Positions 26,047 through 36,582 are shown, counted from the first letter of the stretch. The stretch: DNA of 64,000 nt from an uncultured Solibacteraceae bacterium (GCA_964423815.1 CAYRGW010000017.1:606-64605), one strand, 5' to 3'. A program made the numbers and translations. Notes: generated from the sequence alone by a model not told the origin.

Positions 26047-27510
26047 TCAGTTTTGGCCCCGATCCACTTCGTCCCAGATCCGGTGCTGGTGTGTTTCGAC
26101 CAGCAGCAATGACCCGACCACGAAGGTGAGGCCGGCGACGACGATGGGGTAGTAGAGGCCGGCGTAGATATTGCCGGTGCCGGCGATGACCGAGAGGCCA
26201 ATCAGCGGGAGCAGGCCCCCGAAGATGCCGTTGCCGATGTGATAAGGCAACGACAGCGCGGTGTATCGAATCTTCGCGGGGAACGCTTCAACCAGATACG
26301 CCGCGATGGGGCCGTAGACCATCGCCACAAACACCAGTTGGATAAACACCAGGCCCACCAGCATCCACGCCGCAGATGACGATGCCAGTGCGCCGACGGT
26401 GGTGAACGTCAGGACCTCTTTGGCGGGCGCGAGTGCGCCGTCCACCATGGCCATCGGCGTCAGGCTGATGGCGCCGGTCACCGGGTTGCGCTGCGAGATC
26501 GCGGTGACCACCCCCGAGCCGGCCGCTGCCTGCATCGCCTGGTAGATGGGCATGTACGAGACCGTCGCCAGGAGACACCCGGCCATCATCAGCCGCTTGC
26601 GACCAAACCGATCCGACAGCGCGCCCATCACGATAAACAGCGGCATGGCCAGGAGCAAGGTCGTCGCAATGATGTAGTTGGCCGACGTCGGGTGGACCTT
26701 CAGAATCGTCTGCAGATAAAACAGCGCGTAGAACTGACCCGTGTACCAGATCACGCCTTGCCCGGCCGTTGCGCCGAACAGCGAGATCAACACGCGCCGC
26801 AGATTGGACCACTCGGTGAAGGCCTCCTTGAGCGGCGTGGCCGAGGTCATCCCCGTGGACTTGATGTGCGTGAAGATAGGCGACTCCTTCATCTTCAGGC
26901 GGATGTAGAGCGAGATGCCAACCAGCACAATGGAAATGAGGAACGGGATGCGCCATCCCCACTCGCGAAACGCTTCAGCACCGAGGGCGTTCTGCACCAC
27001 GAGGATGACAACGAGTGAGACAAAAAGCCCGAGGGTCGCCGTGATCTGGATGAAGCTGGTGTAGAAGCCACGCCGGTCGTCGGGCACGTGTTCGGCGACG
27101 TAGACCGCGGCACCGCCATATTCGCCACCCAGCGCCAGGCCCTGCAACACCCGGATGACCAGCAGGGCAATCGGCGCGGCAATGCCGATCGTCGCGTAGG
27201 TGGGCAGGATGCCAACCACGGCCGTGGCCGCACCCATGATGATGAGGGTGACCAGAAACGCATATTTGCGCCCGACCCGGTCGCCGATGCGCCCGAAAAA
27301 CAACGCCCCGAACGGCCGGACGACAAATCCCACCGCAAAGGTCGACAGGTAGGCAATCAAGGCCCAGGTGTCGTCGCCGCTGGGATAAAAGAGCGGGGCG
27401 ATGATCGTCGCCAGACTGCCGAAGATGTAGAAGTCGTACCACTCGATCATGGTGCCAACGGCCGAGGCGGCGATGACCTTGCGAATTTCGGCCGGGGTGT
27501 GTCTGCTCAC
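26047..27510 (-). CDS. MFS transporter, metabolite:H+ symporter (MHS) family
   Basis: GTMIEWYDFYIFGSLATIIAPLFYP and FGRIGDRVGRKYAFLVTLIIMG are typical of the ProP/KgtP-like MHS family. 12 TM helices. Confidence 0.88.
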   Translation of the reverse strand: MSRHTPAEIRKVIAASAVGTMIEWYDFYIFGSLATIIAPLFYPSGDDTWALIAYLSTFAVGFVVRPFGALFFGRIGDRVGRKYAFLVTLIIMGAATAVVGILPTYATIGIAAPIALLVIRVLQGLALGGEYGGAAVYVAEHVPDDRRGFYTSFIQITATLGLFVSLVVILVVQNALGAEAFREWGWRIPFLISIVLVGISLYIRLKMKESPIFTHIKSTGMTSATPLKEAFTEWSNLRRVLISLFGATAGQGVIWYTGQFYALFYLQTILKVHPTSANYIIATTLLLAMPLFIVMGALSDRFGRKRLMMAGCLLATVSYMPIYQAMQAAAGSGVVTAISQRNPVTGAISLTPMAMVDGALAPAKEVLTFTTVGALASSSAAWMLVGLVFIQLVFVAMVYGPIAAYLVEAFPAKIRYTALSLPYHIGNGIFGGLLPLIGLSVIAGTGNIYAGLYYPIVVAGLTFVVGSLLLVETHQHRIWDEVDRGQN

Positions 27511-27562
27511 GGGCAGTAGCGTAGATCAGAGTTGGGCCGAACCGGGTTAGGATTCCCGGCCT

Positions 27563-30500
27563 ATGCCCACAATTGTTCGCGCGCTGCTCATCCTCACGGC
27601 CGTCGTCACCCTGGCGGTGCCAGGACCCGCCGCCCAGTCCCGACAGGACAACGACAAGGCGGCGGCCGATGCCACCCGGCTCAAAGGCCTGCCGCTCATC
27701 ACGTCGAGGACGATGTCGTTTACGACGTCCGAGGGGTCGTGGATGTCGCTGGACCTGTCCCCGGATGGCCGAACGATCGTCTTCGAGTTGCTGGGTGACC
27801 TCTACACGTTGCCCGTCACAGGTGGGACGGCCACACGGATCACCAGTGGGCAGGCCTACGACATGCAGGCGGTGTTTTCGCCCGATGGCAAACGGATCGC
27901 CTTCATCAGCGATCGCAACGGGTCGGAGAATCTGTGGATCGCCAACGCCGACGGCACCAGACCCCGACCGGTCACGACCACCGAGCGCGACAGTTACATG
28001 TCGCCGATCTGGGCACCCGACGGCGAGTACGTGATCGCGGCCAAGGGCGCGCAGTTGTGGATGTATCACGAGAGCGGCGGATCGGGTGTGCAGATGACGG
28101 GCGTCTCGGCGCCGGCTGCGCCCGGAGGACCTGCCGCGGCCGCAGCGCCCGCGCTGCTTGGGCCAGACTTCGCGAATGACCCGCGGTATCTGTGGGTCAA
28201 TGTCAGGGGCACCGTCCCGACGGGATTTGCCACGCGCCATATCGATGAGGCCGACCCGGAGTTTGATCCGCACACGCAGAACCGCAGTTCAGCGCGTGTG
28301 GTCGGGCCGTATCAAATCGCCCTGCTCGACCGTGAGACCGGCCGACTGCACATGCGCACCCATGAACATGAGGGCGCGTTCAGGCCGCTCGCAAGCCCGG
28401 ACGGAAAGTGGCTGATGTATGCCACGCGGTATGACGCCCGGCAGGCCCTGAAGTTGCTCGACCTGTCCACCGGTGAAGATCGGTGGCTCAAGATGGACGT
28501 GCAACGCGACGACAGCGAGGGCGGTGGCGCCCGCGATCGCGACGTCTATCCGGCATCAGCCTTCACCCCGGATTCTTCTGCGGTCATTACGAGTTACGGC
28601 GGCAAGATCTGGCGCGTGGCCGTGCCGTCCGGAGAGGCGACCGAGATTCCGTTCACCGCGCAGGTGGACCAGCAACTCGGCCCGCTCGTGAAGTTCGACT
28701 ATCCGATTGACGATGACAAGCTCACGGTGTCGCAGATTCGCGGGACTCGTCCGTCACCGGACGGTCGTCGCGTGGTGTTCACCGCCCTCGATCGCCTGTA
28801 CATCGCCGACCTGCCGCCGGGACGAGGTGCGCGCAAGGAAAAGCCGGCGCCGCCGGCCGCAGGCGCCGCAGCGGCGACAACCCCTGCCCCCGCACCGCCA
28901 GCCCCCGCCATGATTCGGAATGCCCGGCGATTGACGACAGGCACCGACGTCGAACATGCCCCCGTCTGGTCGCCCGATGGGCAATACATCGCCTACGTCA
29001 CGTGGAATGACGACACCGGCGGCGATATTTATCGGCTCCGCGCGGATGGCACAGGCCAGCCGCAGAAGCTCACGCCCGTCTCGGCCTTCTTCGACAAGAT
29101 CACGTACTCACGTGACGGCAGCCGGCTGATCGCAGTGCGCGGATCCAAAATGCACCGAATCCGCACCCTGGAAGATTTTGGCAGTCACGGCGGATCGGCG
29201 GAATTGGAATACGTGTGGTTGCCGGCCGCCGGTGGTGCGCCCACCCGCATCGCCTGGGTCGCCAGTGGTGCCACGCAGCAGGGCAGGAACGCGCCGCACA
29301 TCGGTCCGGATCCCGAGCGCATCTACATCTGGGCAGGCTCTGAAGGGGTGTTGTCTGTGCGTTTTGATGGCACCGATTTCCGGCCTGTTGTGAAGGTGAC
29401 GGCCCCTGCACTTCCGGGCGGTGGCGGCGGCGCACCCGACGAGGTGGTGCTATCGCCCGATGGCAAACGCGCCCTCGTGCGCGCCAATCGCAACGTGTTC
29501 ATGGTCACGGTCCCGCCCATTGGCGGCACGGTTCCCACCATCTCCGCTGCCACGCCCTCGTCTGTGCCCACCTGGCGATTGACCCGTGTGGGTGGTGACT
29601 TTGTTGGATGGACCGATGACAGCACGACGGCGTTTTATTCGATGGGTCGCAGCTTTTTCCTGCATGACCTGGCTCTCGCGGCAGAAGTGGACGCGGCGAA
29701 TCGCGCGAATGCCGAGGCCGAGCCCGCAGTGGCGGCAGCCACACCCGCGGCGGCACCCGCGGCGGCCGGTGGCGCGGACGCCACCCAGAAGCCCCCAACA
29801 CCACCGAAGGCTCCGACCTACGAATACGAACCCCACCGTGTCGACGTCGAGATCATTGTCGACAAGGACAAACCACAGGGGGTGATCGCGCTGCGAAATG
29901 CGCGACTGATCACGATGAAGGGCGACGAGGTCATCACGCGCGGGGACATTGTCATCACCAACAATCGCATCACGGCCATTGGCCCGACCGGCCGCGTGAC
30001 GATTCCCGCAGGTGCGGAGGTGCGGGATGTGCGCGGCAAGACGATCATGCCGGGTCTGGTTGATGTGCATGCGCACACCTGGGTCGCGTGGGGCGTCCAT
30101 CGCGCGCAGGTGTCGCAGTTTCTGGCGCAGCTCGCGTACGGCGTGACCACACAACGCGATCCACAGACGTCGTCTGAAGATGCGCTGACGTATCAGGATT
30201 TGATGGAGACCGGTGCGCTGATTGGTCCTCGCTTGTATTCGACCGGGCCAGGTGTCTTCGGCGCCGACAACATCCGCAGTCTTGACGATGCGCGGGATGT
30301 GTTGCGCCGGTACTCCGATCACTACAACACGAAGACGATCAAGCAGTACCTTGCCGGCGATCGGAAGGTGCGTCAGTGGGTGATCATGGCGGCGAAGGAG
30401 CTCGGACTCACGCCCACGACCGAAGGTGGATCCAACTTCACCATGAATCTCACACTCATGCAGGACGGCTACGCCGGCCTGGAGCATTCGCTGCCAATCA

Positions 30501-31126
30501 GTCCGTTTTATGGCGACGTGGTGAAGCTGGGGGCGACGAGTGGGTTGACCTACACTCCGACGCTGATCGTCAGCTACGGTGGTCCCTCGGGTCGACAGTA
30601 CTACCTCACTCGCACCGATGTGGATCAAGAGGCCAGACTCCGGCTGTTCACGCCGCATGACGAGCTCGACAAGTGGAAACGCACGGACTTCCAGCGGACC
30701 GATCAATACGTGTTCACGGCGCAGGCCGAGCAGTTGAAGAAGTGGGTCGAGGGCGGCGGCAAAGCCGGCCTCGGATCCCACGGCGAAGTCCAGGGGCTCG
30801 GCACCCATTGGGAGCTCTGGATGATGGCGTCCGGCGGCATGAGCCCGATGCACGCACTGCGTTCAGCCACGATCGACAGTGCCGATTCCATCGGGCTGGC
30901 GAAGGACATCGGGTCGCTCGAGGTGGGCAAGATGGCGGACCTGCTGGTGCTTGATGCCAATCCCCTGGATGACCTCAAGAACACCGCGAAGATTTCGCAG
31001 GTGATGAAAAACGGTCGCCTGTATGACGCGGCGACACTCAATGAGACCTTCCCGCGCCAGAAGGCGCTCGGGCCACAGTGGTGGTGGAAGGTGGACCCCC
31101 CACCCGCCATGCGCGGGGGACGGTAA
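27563..31126 (+). CDS. Secreted TolB-like beta-propeller / amidohydrolase fusion protein (1187 aa)
   Basis: Signal peptide at the N-terminus. Repeated SPDG...FxSDR propeller blades are present. The C-terminal metal-dependent hydrolase domain has IMPGLVDVHAHTW and LGSHGE. Two Pro/Ala-rich linkers separate the domains. Confidence 0.85.
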   Translation: MPTIVRALLILTAVVTLAVPGPAAQSRQDNDKAAADATRLKGLPLITSRTMSFTTSEGSWMSLDLSPDGRTIVFELLGDLYTLPVTGGTATRITSGQAYDMQAVFSPDGKRIAFISDRNGSENLWIANADGTRPRPVTTTERDSYMSPIWAPDGEYVIAAKGAQLWMYHESGGSGVQMTGVSAPAAPGGPAAAAAPALLGPDFANDPRYLWVNVRGTVPTGFATRHIDEADPEFDPHTQNRSSARVVGPYQIALLDRETGRLHMRTHEHEGAFRPLASPDGKWLMYATRYDARQALKLLDLSTGEDRWLKMDVQRDDSEGGGARDRDVYPASAFTPDSSAVITSYGGKIWRVAVPSGEATEIPFTAQVDQQLGPLVKFDYPIDDDKLTVSQIRGTRPSPDGRRVVFTALDRLYIADLPPGRGARKEKPAPPAAGAAAATTPAPAPPAPAMIRNARRLTTGTDVEHAPVWSPDGQYIAYVTWNDDTGGDIYRLRADGTGQPQKLTPVSAFFDKITYSRDGSRLIAVRGSKMHRIRTLEDFGSHGGSAELEYVWLPAAGGAPTRIAWVASGATQQGRNAPHIGPDPERIYIWAGSEGVLSVRFDGTDFRPVVKVTAPALPGGGGGAPDEVVLSPDGKRALVRANRNVFMVTVPPIGGTVPTISAATPSSVPTWRLTRVGGDFVGWTDDSTTAFYSMGRSFFLHDLALAAEVDAANRANAEAEPAVAAATPAAAPAAAGGADATQKPPTPPKAPTYEYEPHRVDVEIIVDKDKPQGVIALRNARLITMKGDEVITRGDIVITNNRITAIGPTGRVTIPAGAEVRDVRGKTIMPGLVDVHAHTWVAWGVHRAQVSQFLAQLAYGVTTQRDPQTSSEDALTYQDLMETGALIGPRLYSTGPGVFGADNIRSLDDARDVLRRYSDHYNTKTIKQYLAGDRKVRQWVIMAAKELGLTPTTEGGSNFTMNLTLMQDGYAGLEHSLPISPFYGDVVKLGATSGLTYTPTLIVSYGGPSGRQYYLTRTDVDQEARLRLFTPHDELDKWKRTDFQRTDQYVFTAQAEQLKKWVEGGGKAGLGSHGEVQGLGTHWELWMMASGGMSPMHALRSATIDSADSIGLAKDIGSLEVGKMADLLVLDANPLDDLKNTAKISQVMKNGRLYDAATLNETFPRQKALGPQWWWKVDPPPAMRGGR

Positions 31127-31176
31127 AAAATCAGCTCGGAGGCGATTTCACGATAAATCGCCTCCGAGCTGATTTT
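31127..31176. terminator. Bidirectional intrinsic terminator (22-bp perfect stem, 6-nt loop, A/T runs on both sides)
   Basis: AAAATCAGCTCGGAGGCGATTT-cacgat-AAATCGCCTCCGAGCTGATTTT lies exactly between the stop codons at 31126 (+) and 31178 (-). Confidence 0.85.
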
Positions 31177-31177
31177 C

Positions 31178-32350
31178 TCAGGCGGCGACGGTCATTTCCT
31201 GGAACCGGGCCATCCAGGAGATCGCGCCGTTGTAAGCCACCGGCAACAGTGTCGCGTCCAGGCCGGCGCCTGCCGCGAGGCGCCGGCTGTGCTCCCATTG
31301 CCCGCGTTCATACGCGATCGCGCATTCGAGCAGCGCGCGCTGCCCGTTGTGTTCGCCGCGAAGCGCCGCCTCGTTGGATTCACACAACGCCAGATGTTTC
31401 AGGATCGCCGGCATCGGACTCTCGAGGATGGCATCAAGCAGGGAACACATGCCCAGCAGGAACCCGTCGCCACCCGTGCTGGCAATCGATCCACGCGACA
31501 TCAGTTCGCAGAATCGACCGCGCACCGAGGCCATCACGATCAGCTCACTTGGCACGCCGTGGCCGACCTGTGAGACTGCCCACGCCGTGGCCCACTCACG
31601 TACCGTGCCGACGCCCACCAGCAGCAGCGCCTGACGCAGGGACGTGATGCGGGTCTGTTGTGCGTACGCCGCGCCGTTCACCGCGCGGAGCACACGCAGA
31701 CAAAACGCCGCGTCGGGCTTGATCAATTCTTCAAGTTCGATGACCGACAATTCCGGATTCTGCAGGGCCTTCAGCAGGCGGATGAATGTCAGCCGATTGG
31801 CCGGGATGTTGCTGGTCGCCGTCAGTTTGGGCCGCGCGATGAACTCGCCCTGGAACGAGGCACACCCCAGCGCGCGTGTGGCGTCGAAGTCCTCCATGGA
31901 GTCCACGCCCACGGCCACGACTGACGGCTGGTGGGTCGGACGCAGCGATGCCACTGGTCGGCCAACCACGGCGGCAGCACCTGTGACTTCTGTGGTGAGG
32001 AAGTCGACGTACCGCATGAGCGGTGAGAGATCGTCGGCCGGTACAAACCGGTCGAGGGCGATGCGGAACCCACGCCGCCGGAGTTCTGCGCACGCCTCCC
32101 GGATCGCCGGCGTCGGATCGATGTCGCCGGGGACCTGCAGGACGACCTGTTCCGCCTGGAGTCCGTCGACGTTGCCGGCCACCAGATCCTCAGGAGAGAT
32201 ACGGACAAACGCCATGCGTCCACCACTCAGCGCGTCCACACTCACACCGCTGACCGGGCCTTCGCTCCGAATCTCGTACCCGAGCACTCGCCGCTCTGCG
32301 TCAAATAACGGCTGACGCGCCATCATCACCGATTCGCCGTGGGTCTCCAT
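31178..32350 (-). CDS. EAL-like plus HDOD domain signalling protein (YuxH/COG3434 type)
   Basis: The N-terminus ARQPLFDAERRVLGYEI is typical of this family. The HDOD region is LLKALQNPELSVIELEELIKPDAAFCLRVLRAVNGAAY. The start at Met22 is preferred because GGAGG lies 6 nt upstream. Confidence 0.8.
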   Translation of the reverse strand: METHGESVMMARQPLFDAERRVLGYEIRSEGPVSGVSVDALSGGRMAFVRISPEDLVAGNVDGLQAEQVVLQVPGDIDPTPAIREACAELRRRGFRIALDRFVPADDLSPLMRYVDFLTTEVTGAAAVVGRPVASLRPTHQPSVVAVGVDSMEDFDATRALGCASFQGEFIARPKLTATSNIPANRLTFIRLLKALQNPELSVIELEELIKPDAAFCLRVLRAVNGAAYAQQTRITSLRQALLLVGVGTVREWATAWAVSQVGHGVPSELIVMASVRGRFCELMSRGSIASTGGDGFLLGMCSLLDAILESPMPAILKHLALCESNEAALRGEHNGQRALLECAIAYERGQWEHSRRLAAGAGLDATLLPVAYNGAISWMARFQEMTVAA

Positions 32351-32507
32351 GGCTTGCCTCCACGGAGGTAATCGGCCGGGGCGGGGAACTGTACACGGAG
32401 ACTTCGCTGGCACGATCCGTCGGGTTCGAATTCACCGCGCCCTGCTCAATGGAAATCGCATTGAATAAAAAAGTCGTCAAGGTGTTGCTTAGAGTCCTGG
32501 TTCCTTG

Positions 32508-32536
32508 TTGACAAGAAAAGTTGTCGCTGGTCTAAT
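32508..32536 (+). promoter_or_regulatory. Sigma-70-type promoter (TTGACA-17 nt-TCTAAT) giving a leaderless or near-leaderless mRNA for the 32543 gene
   Basis: A consensus -35 TTGACA is at 32508-32513, followed by a 17-nt spacer and TCTAAT at 32531-32536. The GTG start is 7 nt downstream at 32543, and there is no SD. Confidence 0.45.
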
Positions 32537-32542
32537 CAACCC

Positions 32543-33121
32543 GTGAACGACCTGGACGTCATCGATGACCCCCTCATCGCCATCGTCGCTCTCGACCCAA
32601 TTCGGGCGCAATTATTGGCCGAATTGGCCCAACCGGCCTCGGCTGGAGCCCTGGCGACACGGCTGGCACTGCCGCGCCAGAAGATCAACTATCACCTGAA
32701 GGCGCTTGAGGCAGTGGGCCTGGTTCACGAGGTGCAACGCCGGTTGTGGGGAGGGCTGACCGAACGACGGCTGCAGGCGTCGGCCCGGGCCTACCTCATC
32801 GCGCCGCGGACCATGGGCCCAGCCGCGCCGGCCCAGACGGCCGACCCGTCGGCGCTGTCGATCGCCGCACAACTCATCACCGATGTGGCATCACTCCTGG
32901 GCCTTTCGCGCGCCTCAGGGAAACGGTTGGCGATGACGACCGGGGAGTTTGAGGTGGCGTTTGCGTCGCCCGCCGAGCGAGATAAGTTCCAGGAGGAGTT
33001 GGGTGAGGTGATGGCCACCCTCGTCGCGAAATATCACGCGCCCGATACCCCCGCCGCGCGGGCACACCGCGTCGTTATCGTCGCGCACCCGGCAACCGGG
33101 TCAGGCGAGATGCGCCAATAA
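32543..33121 (+). CDS. ArsR-family winged-helix transcriptional regulator with C-terminal extension
   Basis: Contains ALDPIRAQLLAELAQPASAGALATRLALPRQKINYHLKALEAVGLV. GTG start. The 3' end overlaps the convergent hydrolase gene by 21 nt. Confidence 0.75.
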   Translation: MNDLDVIDDPLIAIVALDPIRAQLLAELAQPASAGALATRLALPRQKINYHLKALEAVGLVHEVQRRLWGGLTERRLQASARAYLIAPRTMGPAAPAQTADPSALSIAAQLITDVASLLGLSRASGKRLAMTTGEFEVAFASPAERDKFQEELGEVMATLVAKYHAPDTPAARAHRVVIVAHPATGSGEMRQ

Positions 33122-33895
33122 CAAGTCGATCACAATCTCCGGCGACTCAGCATGAATCCAGTGTGTGCCGTCGCGCCGATGAAGCGACACCTGCGCATCG
33201 TTGAGGGCCTCCACCCGTGACGCGGCCTCGTCGGACATGGCGCTCGAGGTGGACGCCTTCAGAAAATGCAGGGTATGACCCGGCGCAGGGTGATCAACGA
33301 CCGGCCACAGGTCGGTCGTGAAAAAATCCTGCAGCAGCGGCTCCATCACCGAAAAGTCCAACTGCCATTCGAATTGTTCACCCCGACGCACGAGATTGCT
33401 GCTCATCCAGGCGGCGACCCCGCGACTGTAGCCGCCCGCCACGATGGCCTCGGCCGCTTCTTCCCGTGTCGCAAAGGTCTGAGGCATGCCCCGGATCAGG
33501 CGCAACATGTCCCAGGCACTGCCACCTGGCGATTTGGTTTCCGGCGTCGAGTCAATGACCCAGACCTGGAGCGGCTGGTCCGGAAGCCGCTCGGCAAGAG
33601 CCAGCGCCACCTTCCCGCCGAACGAATGGCCGAGCACCACATCTGGCACAAGGCCCTTGGCGTCGCACCACTCCTGAAGGTCCTCGGCAAAACCGCGGAT
33701 CGAATCTCCATGTGCCCCGGGGCCGGAATCGCCGTGATGCGGCAGGTCCACAAGCCAACACGCGTAATCGGGGCGCGAGGCGACGACGGCTTTGGCGATG
33801 GCCTGCCAGTTGCGGCCACGGCCGTAAATGCCGTGGAGCATGATCATCGTCCGGGTGGCCGAGTCTGCACCGATGCGTGTGGCTGCGAGTGTCAC
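33101..33895 (-). CDS. Alpha/beta-fold hydrolase
   Basis: Has IMLHGIYGRGRNW and the nucleophile elbow VLGHSFGGKVA. The GTG start (33895-33893) overlaps the upstream permease stop as GTGA. Confidence 0.8.
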   Translation of the reverse strand: MTLAATRIGADSATRTMIMLHGIYGRGRNWQAIAKAVVASRPDYACWLVDLPHHGDSGPGAHGDSIRGFAEDLQEWCDAKGLVPDVVLGHSFGGKVALALAERLPDQPLQVWVIDSTPETKSPGGSAWDMLRLIRGMPQTFATREEAAEAIVAGGYSRGVAAWMSSNLVRRGEQFEWQLDFSVMEPLLQDFFTTDLWPVVDHPAPGHTLHFLKASTSSAMSDEAASRVEALNDAQVSLHRRDGTHWIHAESPEIVIDLLLAHLA

Positions 33896-36582
33896 TCCGA
33901 TCGCAAGGCTACCATCGGATCGACACGTGCCGCACGACGCGCGGGCAGCGCGGCGGCAACGGCGGCCGCGAGGAGCAGTACGCCAATCGCCACACCAAAC
34001 GCCCGTGGGTCGGTGGCCTCGATGCGGAAGAGGAACGCGCCGGCAAACGTGGAGAGGAGCCACGCGCTCACCGCACCAATCATCAGGCCGGCCATAACCA
34101 TCAGAGCAGCACTCCGCATCACCATCCGCATCACAAGGCCCTGTGTCGCACCCAGTGCCATGCGGACCCCGATCTCCCGCGTCCGCTGAGAGACCGCATA
34201 CGCCATCACGCCGTAGAGGCCGACCGCGGAAATGATGAGACCGAGCGCGCCAAACAACCCGATGAGCAACATGTTGAGCTTGCGCTGCGCGACGCGGCGC
34301 TCCAGCACCTGTTCAAGCGACCGGACGTTTCGCAGCGGCACGTCCGGCAGGGATCGGAGCACGGCGGCTTTCACGGCAGGAAGCACGGCAAACGGATCAC
34401 CGGCGGTCCGCACCATCAGTTCTCCTGACCCCGGCGTGACCTGCGCGATCGGCGCATACATCTCGGGCATTCCGGCCACCTCAAGACTCGACTGATGGAT
34501 GTCTCCCACAATGCCGACGACGGTGCGAACCGCGTTGCCGATGCGCACGAGTCGACCCAACGGCTCTTCGCCTGGAAACAGCACCGCGGCCCCCGATTTG
34601 TTGAGCAGCACCACCGGCGGCGCGCCGGCGCGGTCGCCGACGTCAAGGTACCGCCCCTCGTGCAGGGGAATCTTCAGCGTGTGGTGATAGTCCGCCGTCA
34701 CACGTCGCGCACTGACATCGGCTTGTCGCAGGGGTGCGCTGCCCACCACCGTCACCAGTGAGGTGGACATGCTCCCGCCAAACGGCATGCCGCCAAGAAT
34801 CATCGAGGCGTACTGCACACCCGGCGTCTGTCCCACCTCTTCGACGATGCGGGCATACGCGGCACGTTCATCTCTCGGCGGCCCTCCCAGGTCGGCACGC
34901 GGCGCAATCTGGACCGTGAGCACATTTGTTGCGTCGAAGCCGGGATCAATCCGCATGAGCGTCAGAAAACTGCCCGTGAACAACGCCGCGCCTACGAGGA
35001 GCACCACCGCCAGTGCGACCTCTGCCACGACCAGCACATGCCGCACATACTGGCGACCGCCGACGTTGCCGCGCGAGCCTTCCTTGAGCGCGCTGGTCAA
35101 CGCCGGGCGCGACGACTGCAGCGCGGGGAACACGCCGAATAACACGCCGGTCAACAACGCCGCAGCCGCCGCAGCCGCGAGCACGCGCATATCAATCGCG
35201 ATCATCGCGACCCGCGGCACACCATCGGGCATCGACGTGCGGAGGATGTCGACGGCCCACCAGGCGAGACCGATCGACAGAACCGTCGCCCCCCCAGCCA
35301 GCACCACACTCTCGACCAACGCCTGTCTCACCAGTCGCCATCGCCCGGCACCCAGCGCGGCCCGAATCCCCAGCTCACGCTCCCGACCCGCCGCCCGGAC
35401 CAGTAACAGGTTCGCGACATTCGCGCAGGCGATGAGCAGTACCAGACCGACCGCACCGAGGAGCATCACCATCCAGGACCGGGTGCGCGCGCCGACGATG
35501 TGATCGTGGAGCGGCCGCACGCCCGCAAGTGATCCCTTGTTCCAGCTGGGGTGTTCGACTTCCAGCCCCGCCGCGATCTGCGCCATGTGTCTCTGTGCCG
35601 CTTCGAGCGTCACACCCGGACGCAGACGGGCAATCGTCTGCAGATAGTTTTCATGATTGTTCGGGATCCGGGTCCGATGGCGCGGCGGCACCACATACGG
35701 CATCCACAGATCAGTGGGCCGGACGACGCCCACCGGATACGCGAATGCCGGCGGCATCACACCGACCACCTCGTACATCGCGCCATCAATCGGAATGGCC
35801 CGGCCGATCACCTCAGGATCGCCACCAAACCGCCGCTTCCACAAGCCGTCGCTGAGCACCACAACCTGATGCCGGCCCTCCACCTCGTTCTCCGCGGTGA
35901 ACCGGCGACCCACCCGAGGTTCGACGCGCAACACATCAAAAAACCCCGCGGTGACACGCTGCGCCCGGAGGTCTTCGGGCTCGGCATCAGCTTCACGCAG
36001 GGTGCTACCAGCGTTCACGATCGCGGCCATCGACTCGAACACCTGCTGACGGGCGGCCCAGTCCAGATAGTTTTGCGGCGACGCGCTGGACAGTTGCTCG
36101 GGATCGGCACCGGGCGTGAGATCGGGCGCACCCGGACTGGGTGCTGTTCGTTGCCCGATCGCGACGAGCCGGTCGTGCTCTTCAAAAGGCAGACCGCGCA
36201 GCACGACGGCATCCACCACCGAAAAGACCGCCGTGCTGGCGCCAATCCCGAGCGTCAGGATCAGCAACGCCGCGGCCGTGAAGCCCGGCGTGCTGCGGAG
36301 GGAACGAAGGGCGTACTGGAAGTCCTGCACAATGCCTCCTGAGACCACGCGCCTGAGCGGCATGGGATGGTCATACTGATGTTTACCGTTGCGGTGCCTG
36401 AGGTTGCCCGCGAGGGATCGCCAGACCTGACGTCGGTACCAGGCACGGGCTGCAGGGACGCCATCCCGCAGGCGTCGCTGATCAAATTCCTCTTCCAGAT
36501 CTCCCAGCACGGCCGCCTCGTCGTCAGCCGGCAGCGACCATCCCATCAGGGACTGCCAGAGGCGGGGCGGGCGCTGACTCAT
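33892..36582 (-). CDS. Duplicated MacB/FtsX-type ABC permease without a cognate ATPase gene (ADOP-like, acidobacterial duplicated orphan permease)
   Basis: The cytoplasmic N-terminus is characteristic (LGDLEEEFDQRRLRDG...AWYRRQVWRSL). There are two MacB_PCD-plus-FtsX halves with 8 TM helices. The ATG overlaps the padR stop as ATGA. Confidence 0.85.
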   Translation of the reverse strand: MSQRPPRLWQSLMGWSLPADDEAAVLGDLEEEFDQRRLRDGVPAARAWYRRQVWRSLAGNLRHRNGKHQYDHPMPLRRVVSGGIVQDFQYALRSLRSTPGFTAAALLILTLGIGASTAVFSVVDAVVLRGLPFEEHDRLVAIGQRTAPSPGAPDLTPGADPEQLSSASPQNYLDWAARQQVFESMAAIVNAGSTLREADAEPEDLRAQRVTAGFFDVLRVEPRVGRRFTAENEVEGRHQVVVLSDGLWKRRFGGDPEVIGRAIPIDGAMYEVVGVMPPAFAYPVGVVRPTDLWMPYVVPPRHRTRIPNNHENYLQTIARLRPGVTLEAAQRHMAQIAAGLEVEHPSWNKGSLAGVRPLHDHIVGARTRSWMVMLLGAVGLVLLIACANVANLLLVRAAGRERELGIRAALGAGRWRLVRQALVESVVLAGGATVLSIGLAWWAVDILRTSMPDGVPRVAMIAIDMRVLAAAAAAALLTGVLFGVFPALQSSRPALTSALKEGSRGNVGGRQYVRHVLVVAEVALAVVLLVGAALFTGSFLTLMRIDPGFDATNVLTVQIAPRADLGGPPRDERAAYARIVEEVGQTPGVQYASMILGGMPFGGSMSTSLVTVVGSAPLRQADVSARRVTADYHHTLKIPLHEGRYLDVGDRAGAPPVVLLNKSGAAVLFPGEEPLGRLVRIGNAVRTVVGIVGDIHQSSLEVAGMPEMYAPIAQVTPGSGELMVRTAGDPFAVLPAVKAAVLRSLPDVPLRNVRSLEQVLERRVAQRKLNMLLIGLFGALGLIISAVGLYGVMAYAVSQRTREIGVRMALGATQGLVMRMVMRSAALMVMAGLMIGAVSAWLLSTFAGAFLFRIEATDPRAFGVAIGVLLLAAAVAAALPARRAARVDPMVALRSE

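Noticed and set aside
28840-29810. Pro/Ala-rich low-complexity stretches (KPAPPAAGAAAATTPAPAPPAPA and AAATPAAAPAAAGGADATQKPPTPPKAP) inside the 1187-aa propeller/amidohydrolase gene, considered as possible nucleotide repeats or a frameshift site.
   Set aside because: The reading frame is continuous and the flanking domains are intact. These look like ordinary inter-domain linkers.
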